37,941 bases of DNA from a bacterium (GTDB lineage Bacteria > Arandabacterota > Arandabacteria > Arandabacterales > Arandabacteraceae), in NCBI GenBank assembly GCA_035542695.1, contig DATKKY010000328.1:1-37941 (forward strand). The letters are read 5' to 3'. Below the pieces are notes generated by a model. That model had not been told where the DNA came from. It was given only the letters and a program-made list of their open reading frames with translations, and searched no databases. The stretch's first letter is position 1, and each line of letters opens with the position of its first letter. Made by a program: the position numbers and the translations under genes. Shown one piece after another: positions 1 to 9,362 of this stretch.

Positions 1-1857
1 GCGCACCAGGCTTTGGCTGTTTTCCACGACACGGACATATATCATGTCCAGCGCGCATACTTCGTGGTGGGTGACACGGTCCGCGTGGACAGCGTGGTCG
101 TCGAGGCGATTGACCTCAAGCCCACGACCTATGCCCTGATGATCGAAGAGAGAGCCGGAGGCCCCTATAGCGGGATTATGGCTTACTTGGCCGGTACGAG
201 GCCGGACACCCTGCTCGGTGGCATCCACATTGGCGACATGATCACTGTCCAGGGAGTCTACACTGAGTATACCGCTGGTTCGACCGCGGGCACGGTGTCC
301 GAGATTGACTACTGCACGGTTACCATGGTCCATGCCGGCTATGGCGAGGTCCCCCCGCAGCACCTGAGCTGTCGTCAGATTGGTGAGATCCTTGCCGATT
401 CGGTTTGCGCTGAGCAGTGGGAAGGCGTCTTCGTCGAGGTCGACACCGTGAAGTGCGTCCAGAACGACCTAGCCTACGCCGAATGGAGAGTCAGCGATGT
501 CAACCTCCATGCTGGCGCTTGCAGGGATACCGTCCGGATCGATGACAAGCTGGTTGACCCGACGTTGTCCAGACCCGCCGTGGGCGACACGCTTGCGCTC
601 ATAAGAGGCCCCTTGTCTTACGAGTTCGACCAGTACCGGATTTGGCCCCGGGCTGACAGCGACGTGGTCTACATAAGCACGCCTCCGGGCCCTAACCTGA
701 TCTTGGCCTATCCGCTTTCCAATACCAAGATAGAGGCTCTCTTTGATAAGGATCTTTTGAAGGCCTCAGCGGAGACCAAGGCTAATTACTATTTGAACAG
801 CGGCACCTCGATTAGCGCGGCAACCCAGGACGTCAACAACGCTGCCCTGGTCCACCTTACCACAGCCACCCAGCCGGCCACCCAGACTGACATTCTGACG
901 GCGTGTGACGTCAAGTCGGGCATTGGTGTGCCCATGGATTCCTGCGAGACCTATAGTTTCCGGGCGGGCATAACACCGATTTCATTTATCCAGACGCCTG
1001 CTGCGGGAAGGGGTGACACCTCGCAGTGCTACGGCCAGCAGGTGACCACGACGGGCATTGTGACCAGCTCCAATGCTACGTTCGGAGGCCCGTACTTCAT
1101 GCAGAAGCGGTCCGGCGGGCCGTGGAACGGAATCTACGTCTATCAGTTCACGATGACCAACCTGAATCCGGGCGACAGCGTCGTGGTCTCCGGTATCGTC
1201 ACTGAGTATTACGGCGCGACCGAGTTCACCTCGCTCGATTACCAGCAGCGCATCCCTGTCGCCGCGCCGGTCAAGATCAAGAAGGTTTCACCTTCGATGA
1301 TCGTCGCCGGCTCGCCGACGGCCGAGTCGTATGAAGGCGCGATGGTGCGGGTTGATTCGTGCTACATCTATCAGGGCCTCGATACCCACAATGAGTGGAG
1401 GGTCGGGCTCGGCACCGATTCGGTGTGGGTCGCCCACAGGGCTGCTTACACCTACGTGCCTACGTTGGGCTGCAAGGCCAACGTGCAAGGACCGTTGGAT
1501 TACTATTACGGCTATGCCATTCAGCCCAGAACCAATGCCGACATCACCGAGTTTGGCGCTGGCGTGACGCCGGGCACGGCCACTCTGAGGCTTGCTCAGA
1601 ATGCCCCGAATCCGTTCGGCCGTGAGACCGCAATTAAGTTTACGGTTCCGACTCGGATGAAGGTCAGTTTGTCGGTCTATGATGTTTCTGGAAGGATGGT
1701 ACGGTCGGTGTTCGATGCCGTCGCTGATCCGGGCGAGCACTCAGCCAAGTGGGACGGCCGGGATGGTTCCGGGACCAGCGTCAGTCCGGGCGTCTACTTC
1801 ATCAAGATGATGACACCGCAGCAGTCGATTGAGAAGAAGATGGTGCTCGTGAAGTAG
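1..1857 (+). CDS. Secreted multidomain protein (5' partial): two OB-fold-like modules plus a FlgD-Ig/T9SS-type C-terminal sorting domain
   Basis: The reading frame is open to nt 1, with no stop upstream of the TTG at 13, so the gene is truncated by the window edge. The last ~85 aa (LAQNAPNPFGRETAIKFTVP..VSLSVYDVSGRMV..WDGRDGSG..VSPGVYFIKM) fit the FlgD-Ig/T9SS CTD pattern. Two copies of a module G(D)xVxVxGxVTEYxGxxE are each followed by E(Q/S)(W/Y)EGxxVxVD..EWRV. A hairpin terminator follows the stop. Confidence 0.75.
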   Translation, partial: AHQALAVFHDTDIYHVQRAYFVVGDTVRVDSVVVEAIDLKPTTYALMIEERAGGPYSGIMAYLAGTRPDTLLGGIHIGDMITVQGVYTEYTAGSTAGTVSEIDYCTVTMVHAGYGEVPPQHLSCRQIGEILADSVCAEQWEGVFVEVDTVKCVQNDLAYAEWRVSDVNLHAGACRDTVRIDDKLVDPTLSRPAVGDTLALIRGPLSYEFDQYRIWPRADSDVVYISTPPGPNLILAYPLSNTKIEALFDKDLLKASAETKANYYLNSGTSISAATQDVNNAALVHLTTATQPATQTDILTACDVKSGIGVPMDSCETYSFRAGITPISFIQTPAAGRGDTSQCYGQQVTTTGIVTSSNATFGGPYFMQKRSGGPWNGIYVYQFTMTNLNPGDSVVVSGIVTEYYGATEFTSLDYQQRIPVAAPVKIKKVSPSMIVAGSPTAESYEGAMVRVDSCYIYQGLDTHNEWRVGLGTDSVWVAHRAAYTYVPTLGCKANVQGPLDYYYGYAIQPRTNADITEFGAGVTPGTATLRLAQNAPNPFGRETAIKFTVPTRMKVSLSVYDVSGRMVRSVFDAVADPGEHSAKWDGRDGSGTSVSPGVYFIKMMTPQQSIEKKMVLVK

Positions 1858-1882
1858 TTTTCCGCACCACAGGGTCTAATCA

Positions 1883-1916
1883 GGGGAGAGCCGTAGCGGC
1901 TCTCCCCTTCCGTTTT
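1883..1916 (+). terminator. Rho-independent terminator
   Basis: Perfect 11-nt inverted repeat GGGGAGAGCCG (1883-1893) / CGGCTCTCCCC (1897-1907), followed by TTCCGTTTT. It starts 26 nt after the stop codon. Confidence 0.7.
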
Positions 1917-1985
1917 CATCTTCCGCCGACGCTCCACCCTGCACCCGCGCGGGGTTGAGTGCCATTTCCAATCCCACTTTGCGGC

Positions 1986-2013
1986 TTGAGCTCAGCCTCG
2001 AGCATGGTAAGAT
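1986..2013 (+). promoter_or_regulatory. Candidate sigma70-type promoter for the sppA-like gene
   Basis: TTGAGC (1986-1991), 16-nt spacer, TAAGAT (2008-2013), preceded by TGg (extended -10 like). AAGGAG SD at 2045-2050. Confidence 0.35.
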
Positions 2014-2060
2014 TCTCGACATAGAGCTCAGTATCACTTGGCGAAAGGAGAACTCTCACC

Positions 2061-4616
2061 ATGAAGCCCCAGCGGACCGTGGCAACATCCGTGATCACAG
2101 CTTTGGCTCTGGCGCTTGTGCTCGCCGCCAGTCAAGCGGCCGCGCTCGATATCTCGACGCCATCGCCGATCTATTCCTATTTCGAGGGGCTGCGGGGGAG
2201 ATTGCCCCTCTGGACACCGGCAACTCCCGATGACCCGCTGTCAGCCTGGGTGAATCCAGCGACCCTGGGCACGGGCCGGGCCTCAGGAATCGGTTACCTT
2301 CACACGTACAACGATTCCACCTTTTCCGGCGACGACGCCTTCGTCATATCTCTTGGAAGCATGGCCTTCGGGGCTGAATTCATGAGGCTCCGGGAGACAC
2401 CTTTCTCATTCTCGACCAAGAGGGCCCACCGGTACACGCTTGCGTCGGGCCAGCGGCTTTTCAAGGGAGTCTACCTAGGCACGTCTTATTCGTGGATGAC
2501 CTCGGCGATCTCTGAGCTCGACCGCGCATCTACCTGGTCGGCGGGGTTACTGGTGCGACCGACCAGGATGCTGTCGCTGGGCCTGGTCGGCCGGGACCTC
2601 AATAGCCCAACCTATTATGGCAACAAGATGAAGCCCATCTACGAAGCTTCACTCGGTTTCAGGCCAGTGGGTGAGAGACTCACGGTCTTCACCACCTACT
2701 ACGCCCGTGCAGACAAACTCGAGATTCGGCCCCCCGACGGAAACGGCCAGGTGCTGGAGACCCAGCCAAGGTCTTTCTTTACGTATGGGATCGAGCTCGA
2801 ACCGGTGCCGGGTTTTGTGGTGCGGGTGGGGGCTGACGAGGACGAGAACATCAGCACCTCGTTCACGCTCGCTGCGGGCAATCTCGGGCTGGGTTCGCTC
2901 TTCACCAGGCTCAAGTCAGACAAGAAGAGCGAGCGAACCTACGGAACCGCCACGCTCACCACTTCTCCGTTCTGGCACTACAACGCCATGATGCCCCGGA
3001 ACGGCTACCTTGAGATCGAGATGGAAGGTTCCATCGCTGAAACGCAGCCGCCCTTTAGCCTGCTCGGTGGAGGCGGCCCACGTTACACCTTGCGGGGATT
3101 GCTGGATCGCATCGGCCGGGCCAAACAGTCGCCCGAGATCAATGCGATACTGCTCAAGTGCACCGGTATCTCGGCCAATTTCTCCATATTGGATGAACTT
3201 CGTCAGGCCTTGCTTGACTTTCGTTCCTCGGGCAAGCGGGTCATAGCCTACGTGGAAAGCCCGGGTAACGGCGAGTACTACCTCGCCTCAGCCTGCGACT
3301 ACATAATCATCATCCCCAATGGCTATCTCGGGCTCGTGGGGCTCAAGGCCGAAGGGATGTTCTTGAAGGGCACCCTCGACAAGCTGGGTGTCGAGGCCAA
3401 GTACACCAAGGTAGGCAAGTACAAATCGGCGGTCGAGGCTTTCACTGAGAATCAATTCACCGAGCCGAGCCGGGAGGCCGAGAATGCTCTTCTCGACGAC
3501 ATCTATGCCAAGTTCGTGAGCGACCTGGCCCGAGGCCGCAACATGACCGACGAGGCGATGCGCCAGGCGATCGATGCTGGGCCTTACGTTCCTGATGAGG
3601 CCTTCAAGGCCGGCCTGGTTGACACGGTAGCTTACTGGGACCAGGTGCCCGACATCGTCTCCAAGGTGCTCAACGCCGGCTCCCATTCGATGCCTTACGA
3701 TACCTTCGCCCGGCGGAACTATGGCAGCGCCCGCTGGGGCGAGCGTCCTGTGGTAGGCATAGTCTATGCCGTCGGATCAATCGAGCCCGGCACCAGCAGG
3801 CGGGACATGCTGCTCGGCGACATAATGGGCTCGGAGACAATCACCAGGGCAATCCGGGCGATGCGGGAAGACAATTCCGTGAAGGCAGTCGTTATGCGGG
3901 TGGATAGTCCCGGAGGCGTGATGACTGCCTCCGACCTGATAAGGCGGGAGATCGAACTCACCCGGAAGGAGAAACCAGTTATTGTGTCGATGGGGGGCGT
4001 TGCCGCCTCCGGCGGTTATCACATCTCCTGCGCCGCCAACACCATCTTGGCCGACAACACAACCATCACGGGTTCGATCGGGGTCTTCAATCTATGGTTC
4101 CACACCCGGGGCCTCTACCAGAAGCTGGGCGTCAACAAGGAGATTTTCACCCGCGGCAAGCACGCTGACCCCATGCCCGCCTGGCGTGATATCACCGAAG
4201 ATGACATGAACCTGATGCAGTACTTCGTCGATCAGTACTACGCCAAGTTCGTCAACGACGTGGCCAAAGGACGCGGCATGAACCCCGACAGCATCGGCGC
4301 TATTGCCCAGGGCCGGGTGTGGTCGGGCAGGGCCGCCCTCCAGAATGGCCTGGTGGATGGCATAGGCGGACTCGCGGTGGCTATCAGGGCGGCCCGCGAT
4401 GCGGCCGGAATTCCGGCTGATGAGGAAGTCGAGTTCCGGGTGCTGCCCACGGGCGGCGGCTTGCTGGAGAAGTTCGTGGGCTCCTTCCAGGGCCGCGCAG
4501 CCACCAAGCTGGAAATACCCGATCAGCTGAGGGAACTCGTCGGAGACAGTGCTTACCTGTCGGCGTTCGACGAGCCCTTCCTCTATCTGGCGCCCTATAC
4601 GCTGGTCATAAAGTAG
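2061..4616 (+). CDS. sppA: Signal peptide peptidase SppA, 67K (tandem S49) type, with a ~300-aa beta-rich N-terminal extension
   Basis: Cleavable-looking signal peptide MKPQRTVATSVITALALALVLAASQAAA. The first S49 half carries VGKYKSAVEAF (general-base Lys region). The second half carries MRVDSPGG..VSMGGVAASGGYHISCAAN..TGSIGV (nucleophile Ser region). SD lies upstream. Confidence 0.9.
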   Translation: MKPQRTVATSVITALALALVLAASQAAALDISTPSPIYSYFEGLRGRLPLWTPATPDDPLSAWVNPATLGTGRASGIGYLHTYNDSTFSGDDAFVISLGSMAFGAEFMRLRETPFSFSTKRAHRYTLASGQRLFKGVYLGTSYSWMTSAISELDRASTWSAGLLVRPTRMLSLGLVGRDLNSPTYYGNKMKPIYEASLGFRPVGERLTVFTTYYARADKLEIRPPDGNGQVLETQPRSFFTYGIELEPVPGFVVRVGADEDENISTSFTLAAGNLGLGSLFTRLKSDKKSERTYGTATLTTSPFWHYNAMMPRNGYLEIEMEGSIAETQPPFSLLGGGGPRYTLRGLLDRIGRAKQSPEINAILLKCTGISANFSILDELRQALLDFRSSGKRVIAYVESPGNGEYYLASACDYIIIIPNGYLGLVGLKAEGMFLKGTLDKLGVEAKYTKVGKYKSAVEAFTENQFTEPSREAENALLDDIYAKFVSDLARGRNMTDEAMRQAIDAGPYVPDEAFKAGLVDTVAYWDQVPDIVSKVLNAGSHSMPYDTFARRNYGSARWGERPVVGIVYAVGSIEPGTSRRDMLLGDIMGSETITRAIRAMREDNSVKAVVMRVDSPGGVMTASDLIRREIELTRKEKPVIVSMGGVAASGGYHISCAANTILADNTTITGSIGVFNLWFHTRGLYQKLGVNKEIFTRGKHADPMPAWRDITEDDMNLMQYFVDQYYAKFVNDVAKGRGMNPDSIGAIAQGRVWSGRAALQNGLVDGIGGLAVAIRAARDAAGIPADEEVEFRVLPTGGGLLEKFVGSFQGRAATKLEIPDQLRELVGDSAYLSAFDEPFLYLAPYTLVIK

Positions 4617-4629
4617 AGCCGGGAGCGGC

Positions 4630-5694
4630 TTATCGGCTGAAGTTGCTCTGCTTGTCCAACTCCAGGACGAAGGCAGCCATCAGTCTGGCGCACTGCTCCA
4701 GATCGCCGAGATGGATCACTTCAACCGGTGTGTGCATATACCTGTTAGGCACGCTCAAGAGGCCACAGGCCACACCGCCGCGTGACTTGAACACCGCATC
4801 CGCATCGGTACCCGTCCACCTGGGCGCTGCCGACACCTGAAACGGAATCTTCTTGGCCCGAGCCACTTTCATCAGAGCTTCCTCGACCCGCGGGCTTACC
4901 GAGGACCCCCGGTCAATGATGGGACCAAGGCCCAGCTTGACTTCGCCGTGCCGTTCTTTCGAGATGCCCGGCGTGTCGGTCGCATTCCCGACATCGACTG
5001 CAATGGCAACGCTGGGTTCGATGTGGAAGGCGCTGGTCAGGGCTCCGGCGAAAGATATCTCTTCCTGCACGGATGAGACGCCGAACACGGCAGCCTGAAG
5101 CTTCTTCTCGTGGGCAAGCAGCCGCAGGGCTTCAGCGACCACAAAGGCACCCATCTTGTCGTCGAAGCCCCGGGCGACCGCCAGGTCACCGGAGAGAATC
5201 TCGAAGCCCAGATCGAACACCACCGGGTCGCCAATTGCGACTCGCTTCAAGGTTTCTTCCTTGTTCTTCGCTCCGATGTCGATCCACATTTCGTGCAGCT
5301 TCAGTGTCTTCTTTTCATCCTCCCGATCCTGAAGATGAATCGCGGTCCGGCCGATCACGCCCTTGACTGGCCCCTTGGCGGTGCTGATGATCACGCGCTT
5401 GGCCGGGACGATGTTGGGGTCCACTCCGCCAATCGACCCGAAGTAGATGAACCCCTGGTCATTGACGTACTTGACCATGAAGCCCACTTCGTCGCAGTGG
5501 CCGATCAGCATCACCCGCGGCTTGCCGGTCCGGTTGAGAACGCCTACCGCATTGCCCTGAACGTCGGACTCCACCTTGTCCGCAAACTGGGTAACATAAG
5601 ACCGCCAGACCTGCTGAGCCGGGCGTTCGAAGCCTGACGGGCTCGGCGTGTTGACGAACTTCTCCAGGAAAGCCAGTGATTTCTTGTCCAACAT
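4630..5694 (-). CDS. M42 family metallo-aminopeptidase (FrvX/YsdC/TET-like)
   Basis: N-terminus LEKFVNTPSPSGFE and the core IGHCDEVGFMVKYV..GFIYF..IGG are typical of M42 peptidases. Length of 354 aa is typical. Confidence 0.85.
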   Translation of the reverse strand: MLDKKSLAFLEKFVNTPSPSGFERPAQQVWRSYVTQFADKVESDVQGNAVGVLNRTGKPRVMLIGHCDEVGFMVKYVNDQGFIYFGSIGGVDPNIVPAKRVIISTAKGPVKGVIGRTAIHLQDREDEKKTLKLHEMWIDIGAKNKEETLKRVAIGDPVVFDLGFEILSGDLAVARGFDDKMGAFVVAEALRLLAHEKKLQAAVFGVSSVQEEISFAGALTSAFHIEPSVAIAVDVGNATDTPGISKERHGEVKLGLGPIIDRGSSVSPRVEEALMKVARAKKIPFQVSAAPRWTGTDADAVFKSRGGVACGLLSVPNRYMHTPVEVIHLGDLEQCARLMAAFVLELDKQSNFSR

Positions 5695-5704
5695 AGTCTC
5701 CCTC

Positions 5705-7432
5705 CTATTTGACTTTGACTGCCAGCATGGTGAAATCGTCGGTCAGCATCCCGTGCGTGAACTTCAGGATCTCCTCATGCAGCCGGCTCACAATCTCAGC
5801 GCAGGGCAGGTCCAGCAGCGATCGCGCGATATCGGCTATTCGGTTCTCGCCAAAGGGCTCGCCGCGCTCGTTCTCGGGTTCAGTCAAGCCATCGGTGAAA
5901 AGGAGCAGCAGATCGCCAGACCTGAGGTGAATCCGCTCCTCCTCGTAAGCGACTTCTCTGATCGCGCCCAGGAGCATGCCGCCTTTGGTGAGGGAGCGGA
6001 CGCCACCCTGGGAAATCAAGAGCGGGTAAATGTGCCCGGCATTGGAGTAAGTCAGGACGCCGGCCTTGGTGTCCAGCACGCCGTAGCAGGCGGTGACGCA
6101 GCGCTCCGGTTCGACGCTCTCCCAGATCAGGCGATTCACCTTGGCCAGGATCGTCCGGATGGCGTAGTTATTCCTTATCTCGGCCAAGAGGCTCGCCCGG
6201 AAGCTCGCCATAACCAGCGAGGCCGGAATGCCCTTGCCGAAGACATCGGCGATCACGAGGCCCCACTGGCCCGGGCTTATCCTGATTATGTCGTAGTAAT
6301 CCCCGCTCACCTCTTCCGAAGGCAGATTAAGGGCGCTCAGCTCGAAACCTGGTATCTCGGGCAGTACATCCGGCAGGAAGGTCATCTGGATCCGGCGCGC
6401 CAGATCCAACTCATCCTCGAGCCTCCGCTTCTCCATAAGCTCCGCGTGAAGGATCGCCCGCTCGATGGAGATCGCCGCCTGGGAGCCGAAGGCCTTGATA
6501 AGAGCAAGGTCCTCTTCGGTGAAAGCTCCGATCCGGTCGCTTTCCAGGTTGAGGACGCCTACGATCTTCTCGTCTGCGAAGAGGGGGGCGACGATCTCCG
6601 ACTTGGTCGCTGCCCGCGACTTGATGTAACGCGAGTCCTTGGACACGTCATCCACGATCACGGACTCCCCGTTCTTGGCCACCCAGCCCACCAGTCCCTC
6701 ACCGAACTTGATCTCGAGCAGCTTCTCGTCAGCCGGATCATAGCCGGCGGTCGCCAAGCGCATCATGCCGACGGTTTCGGGGTCAACCAGGAACATGGCG
6801 CCGGCATCATACTTGACCGCTTGGCGCAGACAGTCGAGGATCAGGTTCAGCACTTCGCCGAGATCGAGCGAGGAGCTTATTCTCACGCCGACTTCATACA
6901 GCAGGCGCCGGTGATTGGCTTCCCGCTGGGAGGTTTCATAGAAGGTCGCATTGTCAAGGGCAATGGCAATCTGCTCGGCAAGCGACGACAGCACCTCAAG
7001 ATCGTGAGAAGTGAACTCGCCCGAGTCCTTGTTGATTGCCTCGATCGCGCCCCGCACATGGCCCCCTCTCATCAGGGGGACGCCCAAGCTGGTGCGCTTG
7101 ACTATCTTCAGGGCCTCTCCCAGCGGATCGCGATACCGGGCCAGCTCGGTGGCATCGTTCGCGACCAGCGAGCCGCCGGTCGCCACAACCTGCCCGATCA
7201 CGCCCTCCCCCCTCGCCAGAATCGGGTTCGCCAGATCGGCGCGGCTCTTGCCAAATCCTATCAGGATGCGGATCCTGTCGCTTTTCTCATCTAGCTTGCC
7301 CAGGGAGCAGGTTTCGCAGTTGACCGCGGACACGACGAGGTCATAGACCAGCGACAGCAGCGTGTCCAGGTCAAGCGTAGAGTTGAGGATCTTGCTTGCC
7401 TCAACCAGAAATTCAAGCGAATCCTTGTCCAT
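5705..7432 (-). CDS. GAF-GAF-PP2C (SpoIIE/RsbU-type) protein serine phosphatase
   Basis: Two GAF-like regions (..GEGVIGQVV..; ..GEGLVGWVAKNGESVIVDDV..) are followed by a SpoIIE-type PP2C domain (SGDYYD...FGKG...LLLFTDGLTE). Only 10 nt separate it from the downstream M42 gene, so they are probably co-transcribed. Confidence 0.85.
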   Translation of the reverse strand: MDKDSLEFLVEASKILNSTLDLDTLLSLVYDLVVSAVNCETCSLGKLDEKSDRIRILIGFGKSRADLANPILARGEGVIGQVVATGGSLVANDATELARYRDPLGEALKIVKRTSLGVPLMRGGHVRGAIEAINKDSGEFTSHDLEVLSSLAEQIAIALDNATFYETSQREANHRRLLYEVGVRISSSLDLGEVLNLILDCLRQAVKYDAGAMFLVDPETVGMMRLATAGYDPADEKLLEIKFGEGLVGWVAKNGESVIVDDVSKDSRYIKSRAATKSEIVAPLFADEKIVGVLNLESDRIGAFTEEDLALIKAFGSQAAISIERAILHAELMEKRRLEDELDLARRIQMTFLPDVLPEIPGFELSALNLPSEEVSGDYYDIIRISPGQWGLVIADVFGKGIPASLVMASFRASLLAEIRNNYAIRTILAKVNRLIWESVEPERCVTACYGVLDTKAGVLTYSNAGHIYPLLISQGGVRSLTKGGMLLGAIREVAYEEERIHLRSGDLLLLFTDGLTEPENERGEPFGENRIADIARSLLDLPCAEIVSRLHEEILKFTHGMLTDDFTMLAVKVK

Positions 7433-7500
7433 AAGGCCCTCTGGAGCTACAGCGGTTCTCGGCTTCCTGAGCCCGGTGACATCTTAACGTGCGGTGTATC

Positions 7501-7530
7501 AGTATCGCCCGAAACCGAGCCACTTGTCAA
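7501..7530 (-). promoter_or_regulatory. Candidate promoter of the phosphatase/M42 operon
   Basis: On the minus strand: TTGACA (7530-7525), 18-nt spacer, GATACT (7506-7501), about 70 nt upstream of the ATG at 7432. Confidence 0.3.
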
Positions 7531-7615
7531 TGATTATGACCCCCGCCGGGCTTGGCGCGAGCGTGGCCGCCCTCGCGGCCACAAAGAGCTTGCCGCCAGC
7601 AGGCCGAGCGGTAAA

Positions 7616-8227
7616 ATGGTTCTGGTGACTGCCATGGAAGATGGGATCATTAAGAGCGCGGATACCGAGCGGGCCAATCGAGTCCCGCCCGGCCAGCACC
7701 TGGTCGAAGGCCTGCCAGTGCTACACTTCTCGCAGGTGCCGCGGGTCACGCTCTCTGCATGGAGATTCGCCATTACCGGCTTGGTCGAGAGCCCAAGAAG
7801 CTTGTCCTATGACGAATTCACGGCCCTGCCGCGCTCCCGGGTTTTCTGCGACATCCATTGTGTGACTACCTGGTCCAGTCTGGGCCACACCTGGGAGGGC
7901 GTGCTGGCCAAAGACCTCCAGCGCGCGGTCAAGGTGCTGGAAGAGGCTCGCTTCGTGACCGTCAAGTGCCTCGACGGCTACACCACTAACCTGCCGTTGG
8001 CCGAGTTCTTCGACGATGATGTCATTTTCGCGACGCACTTCAATGGCAAACCCATCCGGCCCGACCACGGCTGGCCGCTCCGGCTAGTAGTGCCCAAGCT
8101 CTACTTCTGGAAGAGCGCCAAATGGGCCAGCGGGGTGGAATTCATGAAGGCTGACCGGCCGGGATTCTGGGAGATTCGCGGCTACCATAACCACGGCGAC
8201 CCCTGGACCGAGGAGCGGTTCGGCTAG
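7616..8227 (+). CDS. Small sulfite-oxidase-like molybdopterin-binding oxidoreductase
   Basis: RVPPGQH..LPVLHF..W.F.ITGLVE.P..LSYDEF..LP..VFCDIHCVTTWS..W.GV..FW..RGYH is the pattern of ~200-aa Moco-domain proteins. An alternative start is the ATG at 7634. Confidence 0.8.
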   Translation: MVLVTAMEDGIIKSADTERANRVPPGQHLVEGLPVLHFSQVPRVTLSAWRFAITGLVESPRSLSYDEFTALPRSRVFCDIHCVTTWSSLGHTWEGVLAKDLQRAVKVLEEARFVTVKCLDGYTTNLPLAEFFDDDVIFATHFNGKPIRPDHGWPLRLVVPKLYFWKSAKWASGVEFMKADRPGFWEIRGYHNHGDPWTEERFG

Positions 8228-9324
8228 GGCTTTGCCGGCCGTTGATCGGCGGTTGACCCACTACCAGCGTCGGTGACTACGTGGCAGCGCACGCAGAACC
8301 CGGGCGCCGCCCCCTCGATGGAAAGCCTCCTGAAAGCGGCGAAGTCGGCAGAGTTGATGCACTCCACGAGGCTCGATTTGAAAACGTTGCCGAAGTGCTG
8401 CTCTTTGGGAAAGGGCTTGGCGCAGCAAGGCACCAGAAAGCCATCCCACGTGACATAGAAGTGATTCCACGGAAAGGGGCACTTGGCGAAACTGCGCGCT
8501 GAGGCGATGTCGTCATACCCCACCGCAATGCCCTTGCTCCGAGCCAGATCTGCCGCCCGAGCCAGGGCCTGCTTGAAGCCTTCAGTGTGGTAGAACTTGT
8601 AATATGATGTGTCCCAGTCGTTGGCCACCAGGTTGAAGGTGTTGAAGTAAACTTCGGGAATGCCGAGCTCGGCGGCCAACTCGATCACGTCCACCATCTG
8701 GTGATGATTCGCCTCGAGCACGACCATATTGAACTTAAGTTGCACCCGCCGACCGCGCGCAACTTTGGCTATCGCCTTGACGTTCGCCAGGTACTTCGCC
8801 CAATCGGAGTTCCTGCGGACCTGCTCAAAGGCCTCGCCGATGCCGTCAATCGATATCTGGAGCGAGTCTATCTTGTCGGCGAGGGCATTGACGATCTCAG
8901 GGGCGTTGGGCTGCTGGGCGTTGGTGGAGATGAAAATATAGACGCCCTTGTTCTTGGCTCGGATGTAATCAACCAGTTCGATGAGGTGCGGGTAAAGCAG
9001 GGTCTCGCCCAGCCCAGTCAGCCCAATGCTATCCAGATAGACCAGGTTCCCGTCGAGCAGCTGCTTGGCCTGCTCGAAGTCCATGTGCCCCTTGTCCATC
9101 CGGCTGCCCATGGCATATTCGCGTGGGCAGGTGATGCAATGGAGCTGGCAGAGATTGGTCACTTCAAGCATCAAGGATGTCGGATGGGGCAGGCTGAGGC
9201 GCCGCCTACGCATGGCCGACGCGAAGGCTACCCGGTTGGCTGCGTACCGGAAGAACTGGGCGCCCCGCGGCAATCCCAGGGCGCGCCGCCAGATTTTCCG
9301 CGCAAGCAGGGCCGTCTTCTTCAT
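8224..9324 (-). CDS. Radical SAM enzyme with a C-terminal SPASM-type Cys-rich domain
   Basis: CX3CX2C motif in EVTNLCQLHCITCPREY. GGE-like motif GLGETLL. The C-terminal segment is cysteine rich: CPFPW..VTWDGFLVPCC....FCVRCHV. Confidence 0.85.
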   Translation of the reverse strand: MKKTALLARKIWRRALGLPRGAQFFRYAANRVAFASAMRRRRLSLPHPTSLMLEVTNLCQLHCITCPREYAMGSRMDKGHMDFEQAKQLLDGNLVYLDSIGLTGLGETLLYPHLIELVDYIRAKNKGVYIFISTNAQQPNAPEIVNALADKIDSLQISIDGIGEAFEQVRRNSDWAKYLANVKAIAKVARGRRVQLKFNMVVLEANHHQMVDVIELAAELGIPEVYFNTFNLVANDWDTSYYKFYHTEGFKQALARAADLARSKGIAVGYDDIASARSFAKCPFPWNHFYVTWDGFLVPCCAKPFPKEQHFGNVFKSSLVECINSADFAAFRRLSIEGAAPGFCVRCHVVTDAGSGSTADQRPAKP

Positions 9325-9362
9325 ACGCGCGTGCCACTCCCTAAGGTCAGGCAGTCCCAGAC

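Noticed and set aside
5648-7294. 548-aa ORF on the plus strand
   Set aside because: It lies entirely antisense to the well-supported GAF-PP2C gene. Its Arg/Gly/Leu/His-rich composition carries no recognisable motifs. This is a typical shadow ORF of GC-rich coding DNA.
8224-8227. Convergent Moco-oxidoreductase and radical SAM genes share their stop codons in the palindrome CTAG
   Set aside because: The 4-nt overlap is real, but it is a trivial consequence of compact convergent genes. There is no evidence of regulation.
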